Of a DNA stretch of 64,000 bases, positions 20,418-30,961 are shown one piece after another. A model generated the notes under the pieces. It was not told the DNA's origin, made no database searches, and saw only the letters and a program-made list of their open reading frames with translations. The translations under genes were made by a program, and so were the position numbers. The stretch comes from Candidatus Bathyarchaeota archaeon (GTDB lineage Archaea > Thermoproteota > Bathyarchaeia > Bathyarchaeales > Bathycorpusculaceae), in the NCBI GenBank assembly GCA_963739305.1, contig CAVTZU010000013.1, positions 32,001 through 96,000 on the forward strand. The letters are read 5' to 3'. How positions within the stretch are numbered: position 1 is the first letter of the stretch; the number at the start of each line of letters is the position of its first letter.

Positions 20418-20587
20418 TTGAACCTGCGTTCTTAGTTCTTCAACATTATAGATTGTTGAAACTTCTAAAACATTTGCATCAAGGACTAAGAGTCAGCATC
20501 GGTCCAACGTGCTCGTCGGATAACTCTTAAATTATATCTTGCACACGAAAGCTGTGAAAAAGTCAAAGAACAGAGAACGGATGAAGA

Positions 20588-21334
20588 ATGGCGGTTCAGA
20601 CTCTTGATAGGCTTACGGAAGAACCGTATGCATCGATCATATGCTACCCGAAAGTCCGAAAAATCGAGCTTAAGAAACGTTTGAACGGGCTCAGAAAGCT
20701 CGGAATAACTGCCTTGGAATTCTCTGGGCAGAAGCGGTTGCTCAACACTTGCGTCTTGGGAAAAGGATGCGTTGGCATCGTAGTGATTGCTTGGAGGAAG
20801 GGTCGAAGGGTGGCTTTGAAGATTCGGCGAGTTGACGCTGATCGAGAGAACATGATCCGAGAGGCCGAACTTCTGAGAAAGGCAAACCGCCAGAAAGTAG
20901 GCCCAAAACTAATAGACTTTTGTAACGACTTTCTCGTAATGAAGCTCGTCAGAGGCGACCTGCTGCCAAAATGGATTGAAAAAAGAGTTGGCAAAACGCA
21001 GGTGCAGAGAGTATCACGTGAGATCTTGGAACAATGCTGGAGACTAGACGTTGCGGGATTAGACCATGGCGAATTGAGTCATGCTCCAAAGCACATAATC
21101 ATAGACGCTGGAATGAACCCGATTATCGTTGATTTTGAGACTGCCAGCGAAAATCGGAGATCGTCAAACGTCACTTCGATGTGTCAATTCCTTTTTATGA
21201 GCAAAACCATGTTGAGAATCGCTCGAAAGATAGGCATTGCAGATAAGGAAGTCATTATTGATGCCCTGCGAGGTTACAAAAGGGAAATGAATCGTGAGAA
21301 TTTTGATCGAGTGTTAGAGTCCTGCGGTCTTTAG
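20588..21334 (+). CDS. Ser/Thr protein kinase (RIO/Bud32-like archaeal family)
   Basis: LGKG..GIV, VALKIRR, DHGELS, IVDFE. Confidence 0.85.
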   Translation: MAVQTLDRLTEEPYASIICYPKVRKIELKKRLNGLRKLGITALEFSGQKRLLNTCVLGKGCVGIVVIAWRKGRRVALKIRRVDADRENMIREAELLRKANRQKVGPKLIDFCNDFLVMKLVRGDLLPKWIEKRVGKTQVQRVSREILEQCWRLDVAGLDHGELSHAPKHIIIDAGMNPIIVDFETASENRRSSNVTSMCQFLFMSKTMLRIARKIGIADKEVIIDALRGYKREMNRENFDRVLESCGL

Positions 21335-21552
21335 GTTATGTAGCCTTTGGTCAACTCTGACCTGTGATTTTCTGAGTTGAGGTCTTCAATCTTTAGCTCT
21401 TTTACAAGCTGAGAAAGTTGAAGCCAGGTCTCTACTTGAAGCTGCCTCGCCACTCTTCTCTTGTCATAGATGAGGGGTACGTGGTCAACGAAAACCCAGC
21501 CGCAGGACTCGGCCATTTCTCCCTTCTCCGGCAGTAGAAAAGGCATTTTCAT
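21331..21552 (-). CDS. Hypothetical protein
   Basis: 73-aa ORF filling the gap after purP; no motif. Confidence 0.4.
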   Translation of the reverse strand: MKMPFLLPEKGEMAESCGWVFVDHVPLIYDKRRVARQLQVETWLQLSQLVKELKIEDLNSENHRSELTKGYIT

Positions 21553-21615
21553 CCCTTATAACGGCCTATGTAAAAATAGAATAGAAGAAAATTCTAGAAT
21601 TGAATGCTGTGTTGG

Positions 21616-22701
21616 TTAGGCAAGTATCTGGTTTATTCGGCCTTTTTCAAGTGCTTGTTTGATTTCCATCGCTATTCTTTTTCCAGTGTACATGTTTTGT
21701 CCGTACTTCAGGTACGCGTAGGGAGAGGTTCCAATTCCGACGTTAGTTCCTGCAACGATTCGGGCAGAGATTTCGAAAGTATAGATGTCCAGGCTGTCTG
21801 TGATTACTGTTTCCAAGCAGAACGGGCCGATTATTCCTGGTGGCGCGAGTTCGGCGGATTTTTTCATCACGTTGTCTCCCATTCTTATAAGTTCCGGAAG
21901 TAACGATTCCCTCAGTGTTATTGGAATGTTTCCCACTATTGTGTAGGTTGGGTTGACTCCGATTTCAAGCTGGTCCTTCGCAGGAATTCGTCCGATGGCG
22001 TCTACGCCCGACTCGTACCGCCTGTCCACGCCGAGGAATTCTACGTCTCCCTTGATTATCGACGCGAAATATTGCGGGTAAACGTTGACTCCCAGAATAT
22101 ACTCCTGTAGATGGATTTGGTTTAGATCTTCTTTCGTGAGCAGGTGTCTCTGGATCATGTCGCTTACTTTCTTCTTGAAGGACTCGGGTGAACTGACTAG
22201 AAAGTAGCCTCTTCCGCCCTTTGCACCGGGCAGTTTTGCTATGGCTAAGCCTTTGATCTCTTCAGCCTTCTTGTATGTTCTCGGCAGTCGAAGTCCCGCA
22301 CTTCGTAACCATTCTTCCTGTTTTGTACGGCTGGCTTCCCATTGGAGAAGCTGTCTGTTGCCAAACATTGGAACATACAGTTCGTTGGTCAACTGCTCAG
22401 TGCTCAAGTATGCGGTGAACGAGCCGTGAGGAACAAGAATGGTGTTTAGGCTTCTCAGTTTTTCTTGGAGTTTTTCATCAAGTAGATCTTTGAAGTCTTT
22501 GACGATGATGACGTTATCTGCCAACGGGAACTTTTCGTACAGTATCTTGTCCTCTTTCTTGCAGAGACTAACGGTTTTGAAACCCTCTTCTTTTGCCCCT
22601 TTGAAAATGTTCAAAGCTGAATGGGACCCCAAGGTTCCAATAGTGAGGTTCCTGAGGTCGTATCCGCTGATTATTTTTCCAATTTTCTTAGAGGTGATCA
22701 A
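21616..22701 (-). CDS. purP: FAICAR synthase PurP (ATP-grasp)
   Basis: TLGSHSAL.I..GAKEEGF, PHGSF, GAKGGRGYF, FEISARIVAGTN. Confidence 0.92.
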   Translation of the reverse strand: MITSKKIGKIISGYDLRNLTIGTLGSHSALNIFKGAKEEGFKTVSLCKKEDKILYEKFPLADNVIIVKDFKDLLDEKLQEKLRSLNTILVPHGSFTAYLSTEQLTNELYVPMFGNRQLLQWEASRTKQEEWLRSAGLRLPRTYKKAEEIKGLAIAKLPGAKGGRGYFLVSSPESFKKKVSDMIQRHLLTKEDLNQIHLQEYILGVNVYPQYFASIIKGDVEFLGVDRRYESGVDAIGRIPAKDQLEIGVNPTYTIVGNIPITLRESLLPELIRMGDNVMKKSAELAPPGIIGPFCLETVITDSLDIYTFEISARIVAGTNVGIGTSPYAYLKYGQNMYTGKRIAMEIKQALEKGRINQILA

Positions 22702-23789
22702 GTTACTATTTCCTTGAGTCTGTTCTCATCGGCTGCTCGGCGCAATTCCATTGCCACTCTTCTTCCCGGTCCTACGGGCATAGAATACTTGTATTCCATA
22801 TAAGGAGAAGTCGGTTCTACGCACGGGCATCCTGGCACTCGTGGACTGACATCAAATACGTAGAAGTCTAAGTCTTTTGATACGGCTCCTTGGAGAGAGA
22901 AAAGGCCAATCATCCCTGGGGGATATTCCTTCTTGCACACGCGCACGAATTTTTCGGCGGCGTCAAAAATCTTTTCCAGTTGGCTTTCGCGCATCGTTAC
23001 TCCCATGTGGCCTATCTCGATGTTCTGAATCGGAACGTGGAATTCCATCTGAGTTTCTGCTGGTAGGTCAAGTATGCCATCTAGGTTTGTTTGGATCCTC
23101 TTGTCAAACCCGAGAAAATCGATTTCATCTGTCAATGGTGACCAGAAATAGTTTGCGTTGAATTTCGCTCCTAGAACGTATTCTTCTATGACCGACTTTT
23201 CGAGGTCTTCTCGAGTTATAACCCCATGCAGGATTAGTTGTTCTGCCTTCTTCTTGAACTCGGCCGGGGAAGTCGCGTAGAAAAATGCGCGTTCGATCTT
23301 GCGTTGTTTTTCGGGAACCTTGACTATTACTAGTCTGTCTATTTCTTTGGGAGAAACGAATGTCTTCGGCGTCAACAGTCCGCCTTTCTTGAGGAGATAG
23401 TACTGGTTTCTTGGTGTGTTGCGCTCTTCGGTTTTGAGGATGTATCTGTTTCCGAAGATCGGGACGGCAAACTTTTCTTCGATGTTCTCGTATCCCAAAT
23501 AGACCGAGAAGGATCGGTTTGGAACAAAAACAGTAGAGAGGTCTGTCAGTTTTTTCAGGTTTTCCTCTCTTGTCATGTCTGAGAAGTTTTCGAGAAGCAG
23601 CACGTGGTCAAACAGTTTGCGATAGTATTTAGTGTAGGTCTTTTCTCGACCCTTCTGGCATACGACGACAGTTTCAAAACCCTCTTGTTTGGCACCGTGT
23701 GCGACTTCGAGTGCGGAATGTGAGCCTAGGACTCCGATCCTCAGTTTTTTCCGATTGTAACCGCTGACTACTTTTTTGATGTCTTTCAT
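22698..23789 (-). CDS. PurP-like ATP-grasp paralogue
   Basis: LGSHSALEV..GAKQEGF, PNRSF, ERAFF, FDVSPRVPG. Confidence 0.88.
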   Translation of the reverse strand: MKDIKKVVSGYNRKKLRIGVLGSHSALEVAHGAKQEGFETVVVCQKGREKTYTKYYRKLFDHVLLLENFSDMTREENLKKLTDLSTVFVPNRSFSVYLGYENIEEKFAVPIFGNRYILKTEERNTPRNQYYLLKKGGLLTPKTFVSPKEIDRLVIVKVPEKQRKIERAFFYATSPAEFKKKAEQLILHGVITREDLEKSVIEEYVLGAKFNANYFWSPLTDEIDFLGFDKRIQTNLDGILDLPAETQMEFHVPIQNIEIGHMGVTMRESQLEKIFDAAEKFVRVCKKEYPPGMIGLFSLQGAVSKDLDFYVFDVSPRVPGCPCVEPTSPYMEYKYSMPVGPGRRVAMELRRAADENRLKEIVT

Positions 23790-23802
23790 AAAGTGATCAT
23801 TT

Positions 23803-24855
23803 TCACTTTGCTTTTTCAGATTTATATTTGTCGATCACTTCAGCAAGGCTCGGAACGTCAAAGAACCTGCGTTCAGTTAATTCGTTTGAAACGGCCATGT
23901 ACATTTCACTGATGATTTCTTTCAGTTTGGGATCCAACTTTGGTGGTTGGGATCTACAAAGCGTCTGCCATTCTTTTATTCCCGTTTCTTCAGCCTTCTT
24001 TTTTGCTTCTTCAACGTCTCTGAACCAGCTTGTCTTCTTGTAGAATTGTCTGGCTATTTCCTTACTCACGTGTAAATCTTGATAGGTGAACCGGCATTCG
24101 TCGAGTGTGCCGACGACATCGACGACCATCAGTTTCCTTTCATGGTTGAGTGCGAGTTCGATTTTTCCATCTTCGTTTTCTAAGTCGGCTTTGAGTGCTA
24201 TTTGGGTTATCGTGTGGTTGACTTTTGATAATAATTCTCTGACGCCTTCAACTTCCTCTGCTGTTAAGCCGGCTATTTCTTTCGCTTCTTTCCACGTGAG
24301 ATAACGATCCTTTTCTTCGAGTTTTGTGCTCACGTCGAATATGGGTTTTGAAAATCTCTCGCCTGGTCTTGGGTAGTGGGTTAAACCAAGTTCTTCAATG
24401 CTCATTTGGCCTTGCTCCAGCCGTTTGAACACGGAGGAACCTTCTGGCAGCCCGTTTCGATATATTATTTCGAGTGGAATTAAGCAATTTTTTGTGTTTG
24501 GAGTGTACGCGCTGTAGTCATAGTTCAGCTTTCCATCTTTGACGTAAGCGTTGGGTCGGTAAACGTTGACCAAGTCAATTTCCATCGTGTTCGAGGGTTT
24601 CGAAAGATCGTCGAATTTCGCGATTTTACCTGTTTCCTTGAGCAGGCCTCTGTAGTGAGTTTTGATGCCTTTTTCTTCAAGTCTTTCGAAGCAGTAGGCG
24701 CCCATTAGGCACAGCGCTGCCCCTTTCCCTTCTATCTGATCAGGCATTTCGCCCCAATCAAAGACCGAATATCTGTCGGAGAAGTGAAAGCGTCCGATTC
24801 CCATCTTGTCTTGCGTTGGCTTCAGAACGGTCTCAAGGTCTTTTACGCTGCCCAT
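23803..24855 (-). CDS. purC: SAICAR synthetase
   Basis: MGSVKD, FSDRYSVFDWG, PLEIIYRN, STKLE..DR, DGKIE, DVVGTLDECR. Confidence 0.94.
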   Translation of the reverse strand: MGSVKDLETVLKPTQDKMGIGRFHFSDRYSVFDWGEMPDQIEGKGAALCLMGAYCFERLEEKGIKTHYRGLLKETGKIAKFDDLSKPSNTMEIDLVNVYRPNAYVKDGKLNYDYSAYTPNTKNCLIPLEIIYRNGLPEGSSVFKRLEQGQMSIEELGLTHYPRPGERFSKPIFDVSTKLEEKDRYLTWKEAKEIAGLTAEEVEGVRELLSKVNHTITQIALKADLENEDGKIELALNHERKLMVVDVVGTLDECRFTYQDLHVSKEIARQFYKKTSWFRDVEEAKKKAEETGIKEWQTLCRSQPPKLDPKLKEIISEMYMAVSNELTERRFFDVPSLAEVIDKYKSEKAK

Positions 24856-24864
24856 GTTTTCATC

Positions 24865-25344
24865 CTATTTGAGTTTCTTCACTGAACTGTCGGCTTCTTC
24901 TATCGTTTTTTTCTTCGCTTCTTGGTACTGTTCGACGTGTTTTTCTAGAGTTCCGTCTTCCAAGGCGAGGATCTTTGACGCCGCGAGAGCAGCTCCTTCG
25001 GGTTCAATTATGGTTAGAGAGGCGACGCCGCTTGGGACTCGGAGTGAGGAATAGATGTCCGCCCCAGCGAATTTATCCGAGTAGGGGGGACAAGCGATGA
25101 CCGGCTTCGACGTGTTGGCATCTACGAAGGCGCTTAGGGCGTTGGATCTTCCGGCAACCGTTACGTAGACGATCTTTTCGTTCTCGTATTCTCTTAGGAT
25201 TTTCAGGACTTTTTCGGGCGTTTTGTGCGCCGAAGCGACGCGGAACGCGAATTTCACTCCGAGCGTCTTGAGGGTTTTTGCGATTTCTTGAGAGAATTCC
25301 AAGTCGCGTTCTGAGCCCATGAGTATGATGACTTTGCCGTTCAT
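24865..25344 (-). CDS. purE: AIR carboxylase / N5-CAIR mutase
   Basis: IILMGSERD, VASAHKTP, VAGRSNALS, PVIACP. Confidence 0.93.
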   Translation of the reverse strand: MNGKVIILMGSERDLEFSQEIAKTLKTLGVKFAFRVASAHKTPEKVLKILREYENEKIVYVTVAGRSNALSAFVDANTSKPVIACPPYSDKFAGADIYSSLRVPSGVASLTIIEPEGAALAASKILALEDGTLEKHVEQYQEAKKKTIEEADSSVKKLK

Positions 25345-25388
25345 GTTTGCACGCAGCAACTATTCTGCTAGAACGTTCAAGGTACTAA

Positions 25389-25661
25389 TTAGTTTTTAAC
25401 GTAGAATTCGTCTTTGGAAAAGACGGGTTTCTTTTTGCGTCTCCAGAACACTAGCGTGAGGGTGACAGCAACGCCTATGGCAAAACCGAGCGCGAAAATC
25501 ATGACGCTTAGGGTTGTTATGTCGGAGGATACGCCTATGATTGCTATTGCCAGCATTCCTGTGAGGAAACCTGCGATGAACACTGCGAAGTCCAAGACCA
25601 GTGATGCACCGAAGTCACGGTTTTTCCAGTCCATGCAGTTGCCCCACTTCATCAAGGGCAA
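25389..25661 (-). CDS. Small membrane protein (2 TM)
   Basis: Two hydrophobic helices and a basic tail. Confidence 0.6.
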   Translation of the reverse strand: MPLMKWGNCMDWKNRDFGASLVLDFAVFIAGFLTGMLAIAIIGVSSDITTLSVMIFALGFAIGVAVTLTLVFWRRKKKPVFSKDEFYVKN

Positions 25662-25707
25662 TTTCTAGATCGCTCTTGAGACAAAAACCTTTCCTATGAG
25701 TGTCTGA

Positions 25708-26070
25708 CTACGTGCCTTTGTTTCGGTGGCCTTCGCCGTAACGGTATTCTCTGCTCTTGTTTTTTTGAAGCTTCTTCTCGAACATTTCATCCATGTTCAC
25801 TGTGGGGCAGGCCAGTCTGCTGGTATCCAGAATGTAGAATATTGCATCGACGAGTTCCTCAGCGATTTTTTCTTCGCTCTCTCCCTTTTTCCAAGCGTCA
25901 CTTGCTTCGCCGAGTTCAATGAAACCAAAGAGCAGCTTCTTTGGAATGTCTTCTGATCTGTTGTAGAATCCTTTCTCTATCACTAGGGCTTCTATTTCTT
26001 TCTTCATTTCTTCCAGATTCAATGCCTCTCCCTCGTTCGTCCGTGTCGAATCAGCTTTTTGATCGGTCAA
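25708..26070 (-). CDS. MazG-like nucleotide pyrophosphohydrolase
   Basis: IELGEASDAW...AEELVDAIFY...K..KNK.R. Confidence 0.85.
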   Translation of the reverse strand: MTDQKADSTRTNEGEALNLEEMKKEIEALVIEKGFYNRSEDIPKKLLFGFIELGEASDAWKKGESEEKIAEELVDAIFYILDTSRLACPTVNMDEMFEKKLQKNKSREYRYGEGHRNKGT

Positions 26071-26244
26071 CGGACCTTTTAAGCCTTAACTTGTCTGCTT
26101 GGGAACTAAGATTCTTGGCGCACTGAGTGGCAAGATGACTATTTGAATTGAGAATGAGGAATAAATATGATGCAGGAAGTTTCCGTTTAACCTCCATTCA
26201 ATCACTTTCACGACGGAGCTCTTTGGTCAGTTCGCTCTTTTGGT

Positions 26245-26709
26245 GATGTTCTTGAGTTCTTTCAATATTTCGGTGACGATTTTTCTTGCTTCTGAGAGTC
26301 AGATCGTGACAGAGTTTGCCGTTTAAATGCCTGCTTCATTTGCAACGATTCGACCTTTGGGTTATGGTTGTCACTTCCGGTCACGACGGACACTGCGGCG
26401 GGTCTTCGGTTAGTTCGTATTCTCCTATTTTGGTCCAGGGAATATTATGATCGGGACAGACGTGTGCATCATTCAGCGTATTGAATTAGCATTGTTTGCT
26501 GTGTAGAGCTTCATGAGGTTGATGGCCGTCACGTAGACTGCTGCGAGAGACTGGTTGGCCGCCTGCGAATTGGCTCAGCACGTAGAGCGATGTGGGAATT
26601 GATATTGCAGCTTGTACGTATGGGAGTATGAAGACTTTGAAGATTTTGCTTAGGGCGAGTTTTCTGAGTGGTATAGTGGCTTCTTCATGAGTTTTTCTGC
26701 ACCGAATAT
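26245..26709 (-). pseudogene. Degenerate second copy of the flippase 3' end (matches about 26976-27437)
   Basis: Colinear similarity over about 460 nt with many small indels and synonymous substitutions. Confidence 0.85.
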
Positions 26710-26888
26710 CGAATGTACACTGTGTCTCCGGGGTTTGCAGCGTTTATGGCTGCTTGTATGGATGAATAGTCGTCTGGAACAGTTATGGTCTTTGGCACAG
26801 AGTAGAGTTGACAAGCTCCGCAACTGACAGGCAGGAAACTGATGATTATCGAGATGAGAATAGTCGGGAGGAAGAGTTGCCCTTTCAA
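26710..26888 (-). pseudogene. 5' fragment of a secreted NosD/pectin-lyase-like beta-helix protein
   Basis: Signal peptide + TITVPDDYSSIQAAINAANPGDTVYIR, then truncated at the flippase duplicate. Confidence 0.75.
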
Positions 26889-26951
26889 GGATCATCAATC
26901 GGATAATCTTTTTCTGCTCTTTTATGGCTTTCGTCTTCTAGGGATTTTCCA

Positions 26952-28468
26952 TTACTCTTCTTTCCCTCTCCTTAAGATGTTCTTGAGTTCTTTCCATATT
27001 TCGGCGACGATTTTTCTTGCTTCTGGGTCGATCGTCAAGAGTATTGCCATATAAATGCCTGCGCCAGTTGCAACTTCCGCGACCGTTAGGGTTATGGTCG
27101 TAACGTCCGGCAGCATATGAAGGACAACTGCGGCGGGCGTAGCTGCGAGTGCATATTTTCCAATGTTCATCCAGGGAATTTTGATCGGGACGGACGTGTG
27201 CATCATCGCGTATTGAATTAGCATTGTTGCTGTGTGGGCTACGAGGTTGATGGCCGTCACGTAGACTGCTGCGAGGACGGGTTGGCCGCCTGCGAATTGA
27301 CTTAAAACGTAGAGCGATGTGGGAATTGATATTGCCGCTTGTACGTATGGGAGTGTGAAGACTTTGAAGATTTTGCTTCGGGCTAGTTTTCTGAGTGGTA
27401 TAGTGGCTTCTTCATCGAGGCTTTCTGCCCCGAAAATGACGTTTGTGCCAAATTGAGTTATCAGGAGGATGAATGCGTCGACGGCCAATAGAAGCAGGAT
27501 CGGCGTTGCTTGATTATAGTCTACCTTTAGGACTGTGAGGAGTGAATCCGGGATGGAGAGGACAATGGTTGTCATTGGAATCGCGAACATGAGTACAGTT
27601 TTGAGCGAATCGGTGACGTCTTTCATGTTGTTTTCTGCCAGAAGTTTTGGGTATAACGCGTACGAGAGGAACAGCGCGTAGCCGATCATTGCTGCGAACG
27701 TGGTTGCTGCTTGGTAGTTTCCTCTGGCTGCTTGGCTGCCCAGGAGGAAGAGTAGGATTATTGGGATAGCAGCGAGTTGGGTTCCGATTGCGTTGTAGAG
27801 GTTGACTGTTGAGCCTTTGAGCCATTCTCTGGCGTACGTCCATTGGATTTTCTGTTTGAGTTCTCCTGCGGTGAGTGTCAGGTAATAGATCACCTGCACG
27901 CTGACGCCCACTATGAGGCTTAGGAGTGCACCGAGGAAGAGCTGTTGGAATCCTACGATCAGCACGTAAGCCAAGTGATTTTCGTGATTTCCTCTATGAG
28001 GAGTCCATACCCGATAGCTTGCGGTTTCTTAGCTCTCAGGATGGATTCGAGCATGACGACTAGGTGCAGGTTGATGATCTGAGCGGAAGCGATAAGGTAC
28101 ATTGCCACGTACTGCCCGCCGATGTTGAACGCGCGAGTAAGGCTGGGGGTAAGTGAGATGTAGATTGCGGCTGAGGCCAGTGAAATGATGAGGTTTGCGA
28201 GGAGTCCGGTTTTTGCGGCTCCCTGTTTCTGACGCGCGGCGAAGCGTACGGCCCAGAAAGGGAAGAGTCCGCTGAAGAGGAGGAAATAGCCGACGAGGTC
28301 GAAGATGTTGGCCCATATTCCGTATTCTTGCTGGGTCATGTTTCTCGAAAGCAAGAGCGTGAAAAAGAGTCCCGTGACTATGCTAATGATTTGAGCTGTG
28401 AAGATTATGAAACCCGTGTACTGGATTCTGATCGTGTTTTTTGCCAAGTGCTGGTCCCGTAGGATCAC
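26952..28468 (-). CDS. Oligosaccharide flippase / MATE-MOP superfamily membrane protein (frameshift near 27975)
   Basis: Two abutting hydrophobic ORFs (LSRNMTQQEYGIW ... ARGNYQAA ... ALYPKLL) joined by a 1-nt indel. Confidence 0.8.
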
Positions 28469-28489
28469 GGTGCGTGAAGGTTGTTGTGT

Positions 28490-28578
28490 TGGCGCCGGGA
28501 GTGGGACTCGAACCCGCGCGGCCCCAAAGGGCCACTGGCTCTCAAGGCCAGCGCATTAATCCGCTCTGCCATCCCGGC
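28490..28578 (-). tRNA. tRNA-Ser(TGA)
   Basis: GCCGGGA/TCCCGGC stem, CTGGC-CTTGAGA-GCCAG anticodon arm, long variable arm, G73, CCA. Confidence 0.95.
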
Positions 28579-28684
28579 TTTCCAGCGAGGTTGATGTTAT
28601 TCTGGTTGTCGTTAAAAAACTTGTTTAAGGCGTTGTTGTCTGGGTTCTGAGGGTTTTGTTGCATCAAGCATTAATAGTGGCTGT

Positions 28685-29425
28685 TTGTGGTTGTTTGTTT
28701 GGTTGTGTGCGTCTCGGTTGGATGCTTACCTGCTGTATGCTTCGGTTGCTTTGGTTGTTCTAGGTGTGGTGGCCTTGGGTTTGTTTTTTGTTTTTCGCAG
28801 ACGGTTCAGGCGTTTGACAATGGTTTCTAGGGGTTCGGTGGCTAACGTGTTTAATCGGACGTTTGTGGTTTTTGATCCTTATTCGCGGAAGGCGATCGTT
28901 CATAGGTTTTTGAGTTTGTTGCCTTTTGTGCCGTTGGTTTTGGGGTGGAGTATGGCTGTGTTGGTGTTGGTGATTATCAATGCAGGGTTGTTGTTGACGT
29001 TGTTGGTTTCGATTGTGGGTTTGAGTTTGATTGTGCTGGAGGAGTCGGTTGAGGCTCTAGATGAAAGTAAACTGCTTATTCGGGCGATCGAGGGTGGGAG
29101 CAGTTTCGGTGTTGGTGATGTCAGGTTGTTGGCCTTGACGAAGGGGTTGTTGCCGAGGTTGAGCCGATATTATCTGGGGCTTTCTGTGTGTTTTTTTGTG
29201 TTGGCTGGGGTTTTGCCGTTTGTGTGGGGGCAGTTTTTGTTGGGTCTTGGGATGTTCTTGGGGATGCTTGTTCAGGCGAGTGCGGTTCTTGGACCGACTG
29301 GTTGGTTGCTCGGGCTCGGTTTGTACGCTGGCGGGCTCACTGTCTTGTTCTTTTTAGTTACCGTGGCAAAGACACGGATTTTTGGCGGTCGTGTGGAAGC
29401 CGAGTCGTCTGAACTGCACGTTTAG
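28685..29425 (+). CDS. Hypothetical multi-pass membrane protein
   Basis: 246-aa ORF with 5-6 hydrophobic segments. Confidence 0.65.
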   Translation: MWLFVWLCASRLDAYLLYASVALVVLGVVALGLFFVFRRRFRRLTMVSRGSVANVFNRTFVVFDPYSRKAIVHRFLSLLPFVPLVLGWSMAVLVLVIINAGLLLTLLVSIVGLSLIVLEESVEALDESKLLIRAIEGGSSFGVGDVRLLALTKGLLPRLSRYYLGLSVCFFVLAGVLPFVWGQFLLGLGMFLGMLVQASAVLGPTGWLLGLGLYAGGLTVLFFLVTVAKTRIFGGRVEAESSELHV

Positions 29426-29542
29426 GTAATGGCTTGATCATCGTGGTTTTTTGGTTGATGAAAGCCGGAAAATCCTTTCCTTCAGTTCTTTGTGCGCGTT
29501 GACTGGATGAAGCTCTAGGTTTGGCTGCTGGCTGATTCGGGC

Positions 29543-30478
29543 TTACTTGTCTGGAGTAGATTCCGTGTTTTTCTTCGAAAGAACGTACCTGATGTACACC
29601 AGGCCGAGGGTTGGGAGGATTATCATTATAGGTGAAAATAGGCCTAACCAATTTGACAGGCTTGTTGGTTCTGTGCTGATGACTTGGAACGTGTCGAAAT
29701 CGTTTCGCCACTGAAGCCATGGGTCGTTGTAGGGAACGATTGTCGCTCCCAGAGGAGTTCTGCCTTCCAGAATCATTGAGTGGAACATCGGATCAAGCAG
29801 TGTGGCTGTCACTTGAGAGATGGCATATACGGCAGCAATCATGCTGATCGTTATGAACACCGCGTCGAGGCGATGTTTCTTCCAGTAGCGAATCACGTTT
29901 TTGATCGATTCTTTCCTTGGTCTTGAATTGCCGTGCAGGTGGAAGCTGAGTGTGATCGAGATCAGGAACATGAAGGTTGAGGGGTAGGTGAACCAGTAGC
30001 CTCCACCTAGAGAAACGAAATTTTGAGGGTGATAAGCCGCGAGAGTGTTGTACGCTTGAATCATCAGCAGTGTCGCCACGATCGAAAGAAGGAATGGGAA
30101 AATCGCTGCTCTTCGTTTTCCAGGATAGAACGAAACTAGACCGAGGGTCAAAGTTGATACTTGGACGAGGAAGAGAACGGTCAAGACATCAGGTATTATC
30201 GAAATCAATGGAAAGCCTCTTCCGTTATTGAGCCAATAGTCTGTGAACGATTTTGCGAGACTTGAGTTGTCCATTTCGACGCACACACCGTGGTAAGACC
30301 AGCAGACGACGTACCAGAGAGAACGAACGATTCGTGGCGTACCAAACGGGTCTGGCGATGGAGAGATGAAGCCGAAGACCAAGAATGGTTGAATGAACGA
30401 GATCAAGAAGATAAGACATGCAGCCAGCAGTGTAACGTCACGTAGGAATGCCAAGGCTGCTTTCCTATTCTCAATCAT
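29543..30478 (-). CDS. Hypothetical multi-pass membrane protein
   Basis: 311-aa ORF with about 6 TM segments. Confidence 0.7.
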   Translation of the reverse strand: MIENRKAALAFLRDVTLLAACLIFLISFIQPFLVFGFISPSPDPFGTPRIVRSLWYVVCWSYHGVCVEMDNSSLAKSFTDYWLNNGRGFPLISIIPDVLTVLFLVQVSTLTLGLVSFYPGKRRAAIFPFLLSIVATLLMIQAYNTLAAYHPQNFVSLGGGYWFTYPSTFMFLISITLSFHLHGNSRPRKESIKNVIRYWKKHRLDAVFITISMIAAVYAISQVTATLLDPMFHSMILEGRTPLGATIVPYNDPWLQWRNDFDTFQVISTEPTSLSNWLGLFSPIMIILPTLGLVYIRYVLSKKNTESTPDK

Positions 30479-30651
30479 TAGAATTTCCCCTATTCAGTAT
30501 AATATTTGCTGACATTGCTTAAGATTCCAGTGATTAGAACAGCATTGTACTAGAACAAGAACGCACACCCTTTCTTTATTGAGCTCAGGTTCACGGTGGA
30601 TGTGTTGGCGGGTGAAATTCTTATTAGCTTGGTCATCGATAATTTGGTGAT

Positions 30652-30901
30652 ATGGAGATTCAAGACTGGCGGATGCTCCGAAATCTGCTGTTGATGTTTG
30701 GTATAATACTCATTGCAGGCGGGATTTACGTTGCGTCTAGTGCTGGCCTGCCTGGATCAGGATACCGGGTGGACTACACTGCGTTCGCTCCAGATGGCCT
30801 CTAATGGGTGGGACGTTGGTCTCTTAATCGTTGGAGCATGCCTGATCTCGGCTGCGGTGATTTTTCACTTCAGAGTGAAAGAGGAAGAGTCGATTTCTTA
30901 G
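30652..30901 (+). CDS. Small 2-TM protein, frameshifted near 30790
   Basis: GGTGA + ATG gives MEIQDWRMLRNLLLMFGIILIAGG...; second TM VGLLIVGACLISAAVIFHF is in another frame. Confidence 0.5.
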
Positions 30902-30961
30902 AAACTCTGCAGTGGCAGCGAACCATTGTCTTTGCGTACCCGACAGAACTCGCAGTCGGTT

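Noticed and set aside
21616-23789. Tandem purP duplication as a novelty
   Set aside because: Paired PurP and PurP-like genes are well known in archaea.
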